Source: Planctomycetota bacterium
GTDB taxonomy: Bacteria; Planctomycetota; PLA2; JAEUHO01
NCBI GenBank assembly: GCA_050248855.1
Contig: JBFWRP010000004.1
Location: forward strand, 64,001 to 128,000
Direction of reading: 5' to 3'
DNA length: 64,000 nt
Part shown: positions 50,465-60,357 of the stretch, in pieces
Position numbering within the stretch: the stretch's first letter is position 1
Layout of the letters: every line of letters starts with the position of its first letter
The notes under the pieces: model-generated
The model's database searches: none
What the model saw: only the letters and a program-made list of their open reading frames with translations
What the model was told of the DNA's origin: nothing
Position numbers and translations under genes: made by a program

Positions 50465-52921
50465 ATGCTCGACGAGCCCTACGAACCCAAGACGATCGAC
50501 GCCTTCGCCCAGGATCTCTGGGACCGCGAAGGCGTCTACCGCTTCGACCCCGAGGCCCCGGGCGAGGTGTTCGGCGTCGACACGCCGCCGCCCACCGTGT
50601 CGGGCTCCCTCCACGTGGGCCACGTGTTCTCCTACACGCAGGCCGAGTGCATCGTCCGCTTCCAGCGCATGCGCGGCCGCAACGTGTTCTACCCGTTCGG
50701 CTTCGACGACAACGGCCTGCCCACGGAGCGTCTGGCGGAGAAGGAACACGGCGTGCTCGGCCGCGAGCTGCCGCGCGAGGAGTTCGTGCGCCTCTGCCGG
50801 GAGACGGCGGCCCGCTACGAGGCCGAGTTCGAAGCGCTCTGGCGAAGCCTCGGCATCTCCGCCGACTGGTCGCTGCGCTACGGCACCATCGACGAGCGCT
50901 GCATCCGCATCAGCCAACGCGGCTTCCTCGACCTGCTCGACAAGGACCAGGCCTACCTCAAGACGAGCCCGACGCTCTGGGACACCGAGACGCAGACGGC
51001 CGTGGCCCAGGCCGAGCTCGACGACAAGCCGCAGCAGACCACGATGAACCGCCTGCGCTTCGACCTCGTGGACGGCGGCGCGGTCGAGATCGCCACCACG
51101 CGGCCCGAGCTGCTCGCGGCCTGTGTGGCGATGTTCGTGCATCCGAGCCATGCCCGCGCGAAGGAGCTGATCGGCCAGAGGGCGCGCGTGCCGCTGTTCG
51201 GCCACGAGGTGCTGATCCGCGCCGACGACAAGGTGGACCCGGAGAAGGGCACCGGCATCGTGATGTGCTGCACGTTCGGCGACAAGACCGACGTGGAGTG
51301 GTTCCAGAAGCACGGTCTGGAGCTGCGTCAGGCCATCGGGCGCGACGGCCGCATGACGGCGCTCGCCGGCCCCGAGGAAGGCCTGTTCGTGAAGCAGGCC
51401 CGGCGCGCCGTCCTGGAGCGCTTGGCGGCCGCCGGCCACGTGGTGGCCCAGGAGGCGATCGAGAACGTGGTCAAGGTGTCCGAGCGCACGGGCCGCGAGA
51501 TCGAGTTCCTCCCCACGCGCCAGTGGTTCGTCAAGGTGCTCGACAAGAAGGACGCGCTCGTCGAGCTGGGCGCCCGCATCCGCTGGTTCCCCGACCACAT
51601 GGGCAAGCGTTACCGCAACTGGGTGGAAGGCCTGGAGTGGGACTGGTGCATCTCGCGCCAGCGGTTCTTCGGGGTGCCCTTCCCGGTCTGGTTCTGCGCC
51701 GACTGCGGCCACGTGTTCCGGGCGCCGGAGTCCTGGCTGCCGGTGCTCGACCACGACAACCACCGCGTCGAGGAGACCTGCCCTTCGTGCGGCGGCACCA
51801 CGTGGGAGCCCGAACGCGACGTGATGGACACCTGGGCGACGTCCAGCGAGACGCCGTCCATCAACCACCGCTGGGGCGAAGGCGGGGACGAGCGACGCGC
51901 GCCGCTCCCCATGGCGCTCCGACCGCAGGCCCACGACATCATCCGTACGTGGGCCTTCTACACGATCGTCAAGTCGTGGGCCCACTTCGCGGACGTCCCC
52001 TGGCGCGACGTGATGGTGTCGGGCCACGTGCAGACGGCCAAGCGCGAGAAGATCAGCAAGAGCAAGTCCAACGCGCCTACCGACCCGCGCGAGATGATCG
52101 GCGCCCACGGCGCCGACGCCGTGCGCTACTGGGCCCTGTCGGCGACGCTCGGCAGCGACTACCAGTACAGCGAGGACGACCTGAAGCAGGGGCGTCGCCT
52201 CGGCGTCAAGCTGTGGAACGCCTCGCGCCTGGCGCGCCAGCACCTGGCCGACTTCGACCCGCGCGCCGAGCGGCCCGAAGACACGCCGATCGACGCATGG
52301 GTGCGCGGGCGACTCGCCGAGACGGTGCGCATCGCCACCGACCACCTCGAGCGCTACGAGTTCGGCTTGGCCAAGGGCGACGTGGAGCGGTTCTTCTGGG
52401 GCGAGCTCTGCGACAACTACCTGGAGATGATCAAGACGCGCCTCCACGGCGGCGAGAGCCCCGAGGCGAAGGCGGCCCGTCGGTCGGCGCAGGCCGGTCT
52501 GTACGACGTGCTGTCCGCCGTGCTGCGCCTGCTCTCGCCCTACGTGCCCCACGTCTGCGAGGTGATCTGGCAGGAGCTGTTCCGCGACCGCGAGGGCGTA
52601 GTCTCCGTGACGGTGGCCCCCTGGCCCACGCCGATGCCCCCCGCCGATGCCGAGGCGGCCGAGGCCGACGGCGAGGCCGCCGTGGCCGCTCTCACGGCCG
52701 TCCGCCGCTGGCGCACGGAACGCAAGGTGGGCGCCGGCAAGCCGCTGGTCGGCGCGCGTCTGGCCTTGGGCGCCGAGGTGGCCCCGCGCTTCGAACGGGT
52801 GCGCGAGGCCATCGTGGCCGCCGCGCGTCTGGAGGACCTCGAGGTGCGCACGGACGCGAGCCTGCCGCCGGCCGAAGCCCGCCTGGAAGCCGCCGAGGTC
52901 GCGACGCCACCCGCGTCGTGA
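50465..52921 (+). CDS. valS: Valine--tRNA ligase, type 2 (archaeal-like, 818 aa)
   Basis: DTPPPTVSGSLHVGH, FGFDDNGLPTER, TAVAQAE, ATTRPELL, KGTGIVMCCTFGD, DWCISRQR, DVMDTWATSS, PQAHDIIRTW, KISKS. Confidence 0.93.
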   Translation: MLDEPYEPKTIDAFAQDLWDREGVYRFDPEAPGEVFGVDTPPPTVSGSLHVGHVFSYTQAECIVRFQRMRGRNVFYPFGFDDNGLPTERLAEKEHGVLGRELPREEFVRLCRETAARYEAEFEALWRSLGISADWSLRYGTIDERCIRISQRGFLDLLDKDQAYLKTSPTLWDTETQTAVAQAELDDKPQQTTMNRLRFDLVDGGAVEIATTRPELLAACVAMFVHPSHARAKELIGQRARVPLFGHEVLIRADDKVDPEKGTGIVMCCTFGDKTDVEWFQKHGLELRQAIGRDGRMTALAGPEEGLFVKQARRAVLERLAAAGHVVAQEAIENVVKVSERTGREIEFLPTRQWFVKVLDKKDALVELGARIRWFPDHMGKRYRNWVEGLEWDWCISRQRFFGVPFPVWFCADCGHVFRAPESWLPVLDHDNHRVEETCPSCGGTTWEPERDVMDTWATSSETPSINHRWGEGGDERRAPLPMALRPQAHDIIRTWAFYTIVKSWAHFADVPWRDVMVSGHVQTAKREKISKSKSNAPTDPREMIGAHGADAVRYWALSATLGSDYQYSEDDLKQGRRLGVKLWNASRLARQHLADFDPRAERPEDTPIDAWVRGRLAETVRIATDHLERYEFGLAKGDVERFFWGELCDNYLEMIKTRLHGGESPEAKAARRSAQAGLYDVLSAVLRLLSPYVPHVCEVIWQELFRDREGVVSVTVAPWPTPMPPADAEAAEADGEAAVAALTAVRRWRTERKVGAGKPLVGARLALGAEVAPRFERVREAIVAAARLEDLEVRTDASLPPAEARLEAAEVATPPAS

Positions 52922-53014
52922 ACGCACGCCCCGGCCCGCAGGGGGGGACGGGGGGAACGAGCCGTAGACTCCGCCTTCCGCCCGGTGGGCGGACGCGAGG
53001 AGCCACGCTGCCGC

Positions 53015-54481
53015 ATGTGCGGATTCATCGGACTCGTCGGCCCCGACCACGCGGCCGGTCCCCTGGCCGAGGCGCTCCTGGTGCTGCAACACCGCGGCCA
53101 GGACGCCGCGGGCATCACCACCTTCGACGGTGACCAGTTCCACACCCACCGGGGTGCGGGGATGGTGCGCGAGATCTTCCGGCCCGACGGCCTCAAGGCC
53201 CTGGCCGGCCCGATCGCCATCGGCCACACGCGCTACCCCACCGTGGGGAGCGGCACGGCGGACGACGCCCAGCCGCTCTACACGAACTCGCCGTTCGGCA
53301 TCGCGATGGCACACAACGGCAACGTGACCAACTTCCCCGAGCTCAAAGCCGAGCTCTGCGAGAAGGACGGTCGGCGGCTCGCCACGAGCTGCGACGTCGA
53401 AGCCATCCTCAACGCGTTCGCCGCCGCGCTGCTCGGCCAGCAGAGGGGCACGCCGTGGCCGGAGATGGCCTTCGCGGCCATGCGCGAGGTGTTCGCCCGT
53501 GTGCGCGGCTCGTACAGCGGCGTCGCCATCGTCGGCGGACGCGGTCTCGTCGCATTCCGGGACCCCTACGGCATCAAGCCGGCGGTGCTCGGCAAGCGCG
53601 TCGAGGGCACGCAGACCTGGTGGTGCGTGGCCAGCGAGAGCGCCGCCCTGACGGTGCTGGGCTTCGACATCGTGCGGGACCTCGACGCCGGCGAAGTCCT
53701 GCTGATCGACCCCGAGGGCGGGCTCCAGCACGAGGTCGTCGTACCGCGTGCGCACGTCCACCACCGCCCATGCGTCTTCGAGTTCATCTACTTCGCGCGC
53801 CCCGACAGCATCATGGACGAGATCAGCGTCTACAAGGCGCGGCTGCGCCTGGGCTCGGTGCTGGCCGAGCACGTCAAGCGGCGCGGCATCCTGCCCGACG
53901 TGGTCGTGCCCGTGCCGGACTCGGCGCGCCCGGCGGCGCTCGAGTGCGCGCGCGAGCTGGGCGTGCTGTACCGCGAGGGCCTGCTCAAGAACCGCTACGT
54001 CGGCCGCACCTTCATCATGGCGGGCCAGGGCAACCGGGCGAAGAACGTGCTCGCCAAGCTGACGCCCTTGCCCATGGAGCTCGAGGGCAAGAAGGTCCTG
54101 CTGGTCGACGACAGCGTCGTCCGCGGCACGACGACGCGCGCCGTCGTCGAGATGGTGCGCAAGGCGGGCGCCACCGAGGTCTACGTCGGCGTCGCCTCAC
54201 CCAAGATCAAGCACCCCTGCGTGTACGGCATCGACATGCAGACCAAGGACGAGTTCCTCGCACGGCGCGAGACGACCGACGAGGGCATCGCCAAGGCCCT
54301 CGCGGCCGACGCGATCGTGTACGTCCCCATCGAGGAGATGGTCGAGGCCGTGCGCGGCCCCACCACGCGCGTCACGTCCTTCTGCCGCGCGTGCATGGAT
54401 GGCGACTACCCCACGGGGGACGTCACCCCCGCGGTGCTCGAGAACATCGAGTCCGAGCGAAGCCGCGCCGCGCGCGTGTGA
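53015..54481 (+). CDS. purF: Amidophosphoribosyltransferase (488 aa)
   Basis: N-terminal MCG nucleophile, LQHRGQDAAGI, GHTRYPT, AHNGN, CVFEFIYFARPDS, KNRYVGRTFI, VDDSVVRGTT, FCRAC. Confidence 0.96.
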   Translation: MCGFIGLVGPDHAAGPLAEALLVLQHRGQDAAGITTFDGDQFHTHRGAGMVREIFRPDGLKALAGPIAIGHTRYPTVGSGTADDAQPLYTNSPFGIAMAHNGNVTNFPELKAELCEKDGRRLATSCDVEAILNAFAAALLGQQRGTPWPEMAFAAMREVFARVRGSYSGVAIVGGRGLVAFRDPYGIKPAVLGKRVEGTQTWWCVASESAALTVLGFDIVRDLDAGEVLLIDPEGGLQHEVVVPRAHVHHRPCVFEFIYFARPDSIMDEISVYKARLRLGSVLAEHVKRRGILPDVVVPVPDSARPAALECARELGVLYREGLLKNRYVGRTFIMAGQGNRAKNVLAKLTPLPMELEGKKVLLVDDSVVRGTTTRAVVEMVRKAGATEVYVGVASPKIKHPCVYGIDMQTKDEFLARRETTDEGIAKALAADAIVYVPIEEMVEAVRGPTTRVTSFCRACMDGDYPTGDVTPAVLENIESERSRAARV

Positions 54482-54484
54482 CGG

Positions 54485-56638
54485 CTACTTGATCCGCTCG
54501 AGCGCCGCGTCGATCGCGTCCGCCAGCTCGCCGTCGGCGCTCGCCCGTGCCGCCTCCAGCGTGGGTCGAGCGGCTTGGGCTGGCGCGCCCAGCGCACCGA
54601 GCGCCGCGGCGGCCTCCAGGCGATGGGCGGAACGCTCGCACGCCACGAGGCGGGCGATCGCATCCACGGCCGGCGCCGCGTCCTCGCCGTAGGCGGCGAG
54701 CACGCGAAGCGCGGCGTCCGTGCCGCGGCCGATGCCCTCGAGCCCGTCCTCGAGGTGGCGCCCCAACGCCTGGACCACCCGCGGTCGCCACGCGGGGCCC
54801 AGCGTCGCGATCACCGCGCCCGCGGCATCGCGCACCTCGGGCTGGCCGGCGTCGAGCTGGTCCAGGAGCAGCCGCAGGGCCTCGGGCACCCACTCGAGGA
54901 GATCGGGCAGCCGCTTCACGGCGGCCAGGCGGTCGTCGGTCGCGTTCCACTCGTCGAGCTCGGCACGCGCCTTGGCCAGCCACTGCGTGGTCGGCGGTAC
55001 CCGCTCGGCTTCCGGGACACCGGGCCGCACGAGCGGCGGTGCGCGCCCCCGGCGCCGGAGGTCCATGTAGAGACCGCCCGAGCGGGTCGCACAGCCGCGG
55101 AGCAGCTCCTCGTCGTGGTCCTCCCCCACGCCCACCGTCAAGAGGACGGCGTCGACGGACAGGTTCCAGAGCTCGACGAGACGCAGGAGGGAACGCGTGC
55201 TCTGGAAGCGGCCTCGCGTGGGCGTCCCATCGGTCAGGAACACGATGGTGTCGGGCAGCTTCTTGAAGCGACCCGCCGCGGCGCCGCTGCCCAGGGCATC
55301 GTCGAACGCCTCGTGGAGCCCCGCCCAGATGTTGGTCAGCCAGCCCGACTTCTGGCGCAGGAGCCAGCTGATGGCCGAGCGACGCGAAGCATCGTTGACC
55401 TTCGTCGGGCCGCTGCGGAAACGTTCGGCCGCGTCCGAGTACACGACGATCTGGAACAGGGCTCCGTCCGGCAGGCCGCGCAGCGCACGCGCGACCTCGG
55501 CCTGCACCACGCCAAGCCTCGTCGCGGGCAGGCCGAGCTCGTCGCGCACCTCGCGGTTGCGGGCGTCGTCGAGCTCGAGCTCCTCTTCCATCGACGAGCT
55601 GAGGTCCACCAGGAACAGCACGTTCGTGGAGTCGAGCGGCAGGCTGAAGAAGGTCTCCACGGTGTGGGCACGCCCGGAGGAGCGCGTGGGCGGCTTGTAG
55701 GTCCCGTCGCGCACCGCCTCCTCGTTCTCCTTCCAGAACCTCTCCCACTCGGCGGGGTTGTCGGTGAAGCGGACGCCCAGGAGGCTGCCGAGCAACGCAT
55801 CGACGCGCTGCGCCATGTCGCCGTCCTCGCGGGCCGCGGCCGCGACCAGCGGCGGAACCGCCATGTCGAGCGGGGCGCGCGCCAAGCCGTTCCAGGCACC
55901 CACCCGAACCTGCCAGAGGTCGTCGCCCGCCGCGCGCACGAGCGCGTCGTAGACGCTGCGACGCAGGACGGCGGGCTGGAGCGCCCGCACGGACGCCGCG
56001 CGGGTCAGCGGATCGGCGTGGTCCAACAAGGCGATCAGGGCCTCGATCGCCTCGTCGTCGCCCAAGGCCCCCAGCGCACGGATGTACCACTGGCGCACGA
56101 GCGGCGAGGACTCGGTCCGTGCGCCGCGCGTGATGGCGGCGACCGCGGCGGGGTCGCGGAACCTGGAGAAGGACTCCCCGGCCGTCTTCATGATCTCCAG
56201 GGCCAGGATCAGGTCCACGGCCTTGGCCTGCCACGCGCGCTGGACCAGCTCGTAGTAGCGCTTGGCGAGGTCGTAGAACTCGGCGCTGTTGCTGACGCGG
56301 GCCTGGCTCCAGTACCCCGCGGCCTCGGTGTAGTCCTCGTCCAGCTTGTCGAGATCCTTCGCCAAGCGGTCCATGTCCCGCGAGCAGGCGCGGATCGCGT
56401 CCTCCAGCGGCTGGACGGCGCCCGGGTCGTCGGACTCGGCCAGCAGGCGCACGCCCTGCAGGCGCTCGGCCAGGTCCTTCGAGCGCGACAGCTTGCGCCC
56501 TTCGACCAGCTGGTCGCGATCGGCGTGGGCCGCCGGGGCCCCGAGGAGGAGCGCAACGAGGAAGAGGGCCAGCCGCCGTGCGCCACGCGCTTGCGGCCAC
56601 CGCGTCCACCTGTCCCGCCGCGTGTCCGCCGAACCCAT
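54485..56638 (-). CDS. Secreted HEAT-repeat plus VWA-domain protein (717 aa)
   Basis: AAGGAGG RBS. Signal peptide ..AHA|DR, HEAT repeats, MIDAS DLSSSM..TN..FLTDG, C-terminal HEAT repeats. Confidence 0.8.
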   Translation of the reverse strand: MGSADTRRDRWTRWPQARGARRLALFLVALLLGAPAAHADRDQLVEGRKLSRSKDLAERLQGVRLLAESDDPGAVQPLEDAIRACSRDMDRLAKDLDKLDEDYTEAAGYWSQARVSNSAEFYDLAKRYYELVQRAWQAKAVDLILALEIMKTAGESFSRFRDPAAVAAITRGARTESSPLVRQWYIRALGALGDDEAIEALIALLDHADPLTRAASVRALQPAVLRRSVYDALVRAAGDDLWQVRVGAWNGLARAPLDMAVPPLVAAAAREDGDMAQRVDALLGSLLGVRFTDNPAEWERFWKENEEAVRDGTYKPPTRSSGRAHTVETFFSLPLDSTNVLFLVDLSSSMEEELELDDARNREVRDELGLPATRLGVVQAEVARALRGLPDGALFQIVVYSDAAERFRSGPTKVNDASRRSAISWLLRQKSGWLTNIWAGLHEAFDDALGSGAAAGRFKKLPDTIVFLTDGTPTRGRFQSTRSLLRLVELWNLSVDAVLLTVGVGEDHDEELLRGCATRSGGLYMDLRRRGRAPPLVRPGVPEAERVPPTTQWLAKARAELDEWNATDDRLAAVKRLPDLLEWVPEALRLLLDQLDAGQPEVRDAAGAVIATLGPAWRPRVVQALGRHLEDGLEGIGRGTDAALRVLAAYGEDAAPAVDAIARLVACERSAHRLEAAAALGALGAPAQAARPTLEAARASADGELADAIDAALERIK

Positions 56639-56694
56639 GCGCCCCTCCTTGGCAAGGCGCCCAGCGTACGAAACGGGGCAGCCCCTCGCTCGCG

Positions 56695-59469
56695 TCACTC
56701 CAGGGCGCGCAGCGCGAAGCGGAAGTAGCTGCGACGCCCCTCGAAGCGCCGCTCGGCCCCGGAGGTGAGGTCGCGGTACAGGACCGCCCCGTCGCCGACG
56801 ATCGTCAGCTTCTGGCGGAAGGGGGCGTAGCCGGGACGGCTCACGATCAGCTCGTACGGCCCGGGCTTGACCGGGCCGACGAGGTAGCCGTCGTCGCTGC
56901 GGGCCTCGAGCAGGAGATTGCTGCTGGCCCGCCGCCACGCTTCGTCGTCGGCCACGGGGCCGCCGAGCGTCCCCCACTGCACGAGATCGAGCCAGTTGCT
57001 GCCGTCGGTCCCGGACTCGAGGTCGACGATGGCCCCGAACACGGGGGCGCCGACGGCCGCCATGGGGTTGGCCACGCGCTCCGTGAGATCCAGCCCCAGG
57101 AACGCGCCCTCCTCCAGCGTGACCAGCACCTCGTGCTGCTCGGTCGCCTCGGGGCCGGGGGTCTTCCCGAGGTCCACGCGGACGGTCGTCGGCGCACGGT
57201 TCGCGGCGCCGATGGCGAGGTCGACCGACTCCTTGTAGGCGCGCAGCGGATGCGGGCGCGGCGCCCCCAAGCCGTCGAGCACGAAGCGCCCGTCCGCGTC
57301 CGTCGTGGCCGAACGGAAGAGCTGCTCGCGCTCGACCACGGGGTCGGCCCCGCGGCTCTGCCAGCCCCGATCGAAAAGGCCGATGCGCGCGCCGGCGATC
57401 GGACGGTCGCGCTCGTCGGCCACGCGACCCGTCACCCGCGCTCCGCGGTGCAGCAGCACGACGCCGTGGTCACGCTCGGCGCCGTGGGGAATCACCATCG
57501 TGCCCGTCCAGCGCAAGCCCGGTGCGAACAGGGCCACGTCGAGGCCCTCGGCCGGCAGGTCGTGGAGCCGGAGACGGCCATCGTGCAGCGCGAAGCCGCG
57601 GTCCACGACGACGCGTCCGTCGCGCAAGGATCGCGCGAACACCTGGACGAACGAGAGCGGCTGGTCGGCGAGGCCGTCGCGGGGCGCCAAGGTGACGCTT
57701 CCCGAAGCGGGCAGCAACAGTCGAAGCGGCGCCCCACCGGGCGTCACGACCTCGCGCCGCGGCAGCACGCGCGCCAGCGGGGCCAATGCGTCGCCGGGAC
57801 GACCCGCCTCGTAGCCGTAGACGAGGTCGACGGTAGGCGCGAGGCTCTCGACCCCGTCGAGCACGAAGGCGCCGTCCTCGCCGGTGATGGCTTCGATGCC
57901 GGCCGCGCGAAGCGTGACGCCCACGAGCCCGCGTCCGCGCTCGTCCTGCACGACGCCGTGGACCCGGCGGGTCGCGTCCAGCAAGGCCGGCTCCAACATG
58001 AGCTCGATCGGCTGCGCGAGCGGCAGCTCGATGCGCTGGAGCACGCTGCGGTAGCCGGGCACGTAGGCGCGCACGAACGCCTGCGGCAGCCCCCATCCGC
58101 GCAAGACGAAGCGGCCGTCCGCCCCGGTCTCCACGCGGCGGTCGCCGGGCTGTTCGCGGTCCCCGTCGCGCGGAAGCGGCGACACGAGCAGGCCCACGCC
58201 GGGGCGGGGCGACCCATCGGGCGCCAGCAGGCGGCCGTGCAGCGCCCACCCGGCAGGCGGCGCGAGGTGGACCACGACCTCGTCGCCCGGCGAGGCCACG
58301 ACGCGCTGGTCGAGGTCGACACCCGCACCCCGTACGCCCACGCGAAGCGGCAAGTCGGCCTCGACGTCGCGGAGCTCGAACGTGCCGTCCGCGGCCAGCG
58401 GCACGCTGCGCGGACGGTCCAGGGCCTGGCCGGCGCCGAACAGCTCACGCACCACCGCCGCCACCTCGGGTTCGACGTCGACCTGGGCACCCTGCGCCAC
58501 GTAGGGCGCGTCCACGTGGCCGCGCACGGTGACCCCTGCCGCGTCGAGCAGCACGTCGCCCACGTCGACGCGCAACGGACCCGTCGCGGGCGGCGTGACG
58601 GCGACGCGGCGGGGGCTCTTGCCGTGCGCGCGCACGCGCAACGCGAGGCGCGCCACGGCAGGTCCGCGCCACAGGAAACGGCCCTGGGAGTCCGCGGGCA
58701 TCGCCACGCCGATGTCGACGGGGCCGAACCCTTCCACGATGGTGCCGGGGAGAGGACGACCGGCGCCGTCGATGGCCCGGCCGACGACCTCGAGCGGCGG
58801 ATCGAGCACGAGCGTGACGTCGGCGTCCGTGCCCGCCACGAAGCGCCGCACGGGCCCACTGCGCTCCGCCGAGCCCAGGTCGACGACGACGAGGCCCTCC
58901 GGCAGGTGGTCGAGCACGACGGTGCCGCCGCCGTCGGTGCGCAGCATGGGCCCGGGCACGGCGGGCGTCACGGACACGGGCACGCCTGCTGCGGGACGAC
59001 CGTCCGGCTCGCGAACGCGGACCACGAGAGGCGTCGCCGCGGGAAGGAGCTCGATGACGGTCCCGTCCTCCAGCGACTCCGTGCCGACCTCCACCCAGCG
59101 GTGGCCGATGGCCCCGAACGCGACGCGCGCCGACTCCGGCTCGACGACGAGCGCGGCGGGGCCGCCGGCCACGGAGGCCTCGATCACTTCCGTTCGCGCC
59201 CCGACGACATCGCGCAAGGGGCCACGCAGGCGGCCGCCCCCGGCGGCTCGGACCTCGACGCGCACGCGCCGGGGGGGAGGCGGCTCGGGGACGCCGTCCT
59301 CGGGCCGGACGGGGACCTCGGGACGGTCGGCAGGCACCGCGGGCGGAGCGGCCGTGACGTGTGTCGGCCCGTCCCCAGCGGGGCTGCCCAGGCGGGGCAC
59401 GACGAACCAGGCGCCGGCCCCGACGATGGCCAGGAACGCCAGGACGTACAGCCAGCCTTCGCGATCCAC
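56695..59469 (-). CDS. Carboxypeptidase-regulatory-like (transthyretin-like beta-sandwich) repeat protein (924 aa)
   Basis: GGAG RBS plus GTG. N-terminal TM anchor; repeated 'GRV.DE.GRP..GA.V' and 'TD.DGRF.L.GL' motifs. Confidence 0.78.
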   Translation of the reverse strand: MDREGWLYVLAFLAIVGAGAWFVVPRLGSPAGDGPTHVTAAPPAVPADRPEVPVRPEDGVPEPPPPRRVRVEVRAAGGGRLRGPLRDVVGARTEVIEASVAGGPAALVVEPESARVAFGAIGHRWVEVGTESLEDGTVIELLPAATPLVVRVREPDGRPAAGVPVSVTPAVPGPMLRTDGGGTVVLDHLPEGLVVVDLGSAERSGPVRRFVAGTDADVTLVLDPPLEVVGRAIDGAGRPLPGTIVEGFGPVDIGVAMPADSQGRFLWRGPAVARLALRVRAHGKSPRRVAVTPPATGPLRVDVGDVLLDAAGVTVRGHVDAPYVAQGAQVDVEPEVAAVVRELFGAGQALDRPRSVPLAADGTFELRDVEADLPLRVGVRGAGVDLDQRVVASPGDEVVVHLAPPAGWALHGRLLAPDGSPRPGVGLLVSPLPRDGDREQPGDRRVETGADGRFVLRGWGLPQAFVRAYVPGYRSVLQRIELPLAQPIELMLEPALLDATRRVHGVVQDERGRGLVGVTLRAAGIEAITGEDGAFVLDGVESLAPTVDLVYGYEAGRPGDALAPLARVLPRREVVTPGGAPLRLLLPASGSVTLAPRDGLADQPLSFVQVFARSLRDGRVVVDRGFALHDGRLRLHDLPAEGLDVALFAPGLRWTGTMVIPHGAERDHGVVLLHRGARVTGRVADERDRPIAGARIGLFDRGWQSRGADPVVEREQLFRSATTDADGRFVLDGLGAPRPHPLRAYKESVDLAIGAANRAPTTVRVDLGKTPGPEATEQHEVLVTLEEGAFLGLDLTERVANPMAAVGAPVFGAIVDLESGTDGSNWLDLVQWGTLGGPVADDEAWRRASSNLLLEARSDDGYLVGPVKPGPYELIVSRPGYAPFRQKLTIVGDGAVLYRDLTSGAERRFEGRRSYFRFALRALE

Positions 59470-59687
59470 GCCGTCGCTCCGTCCGTCTCGAAGGCCCTTG
59501 GACGCGCGCCGCCGCGCAGCCCGTCCCCCCCATCCTCACCCAGATTCTGGCATTTCCCCCCCAGGTGGCTGTTCATGGCTCGCCTGATGGCGGCGCCCAC
59601 GCGCCGTCCCCTTCCTGGGCTCCCGCTGCTCGGAGGCGCAGGAGGCAGCTCGGGCCCATCCAGGTCCAAGCCGTGTGCGGCGCGCAT

Positions 59688-59789
59688 CGGGTCGCCAGGG
59701 CGACGGTAGCGTGCCAGCATCGGCGACGACTCGTGGTCTGTTCACTCGAGGAGCCGATGCTGGTGCGCGACCGAGCATCTGGCGAGCCG
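59688..59789 (+). repeat. Intergenic ~100-nt irregular hairpin related to the 35.1-kb element
   Basis: GCGTGCCAGCATCGGC (59709-24) pairs with GCCGATGCTGGTGCGC (59753-68) with two G-U pairs; TCGCCAG pairs with CTGGCGA as an outer stem. Confidence 0.55.
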
Positions 59790-59816
59790 CCCCCGCGCAC
59801 CCAAGTGCGTAGACGA

Positions 59817-60347
59817 TCAGGGGAAAGCGCGGTGCGAGAGCTGCGAGCGCATGACGACTTGCCCATCGGGCTCGACCCAGGCCAAGCCCTTCGCCGTGAT
59901 CCCGCCCCGCTCGGCCTCGACGAGGGCCTTGCCCTCGGCCGTCACTTCGAGGACGTACACGCGGCGATAGCCCTGCTGGCGCAAGCCCCGACGCACGAGG
60001 TCACGCACGTCGGGATCCCGGTCCTCGTGGGCCGGAAGCGCGTCGGGGCCCGTCAAGGCCAGCGCCTCGGCCTGCTCGACGGCGTGTGCGACCTGCGCTT
60101 CGAGGTCTTCGAGGCGGCGGCCCAGCGTGCCCAGGTGCTGACCGAGATCCTGCGAGGGGCCGGGTCGCTCCGCCTGGGCGTCCAGCCGCCGGACGGTCTC
60201 GCGCAGCTGCTTCTCGAGCGTCGCCAAGCGCGACCTGAGCTGCACCATCTCCAGCGCGAGGTTGCGGCTCACACGGTGGCTGTGCCACGCGAGCACGACG
60301 GTGCCGCCGGCAACCAGAAGCGCGACCAGGGCCAAGACCAGCTCCAT
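59817..60347 (-). CDS. Hypothetical membrane-anchored coiled-coil protein (176 aa)
   Basis: N-terminal TM helix and a heptad-like segment (LRSRLATLEKQL...LEDLEAQV); 10 bp downstream of the ABC ATPase. Confidence 0.65.
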   Translation of the reverse strand: MELVLALVALLVAGGTVVLAWHSHRVSRNLALEMVQLRSRLATLEKQLRETVRRLDAQAERPGPSQDLGQHLGTLGRRLEDLEAQVAHAVEQAEALALTGPDALPAHEDRDPDVRDLVRRGLRQQGYRRVYVLEVTAEGKALVEAERGGITAKGLAWVEPDGQVVMRSQLSHRAFP

Positions 60348-60357
60348 CCCCGCCAGT

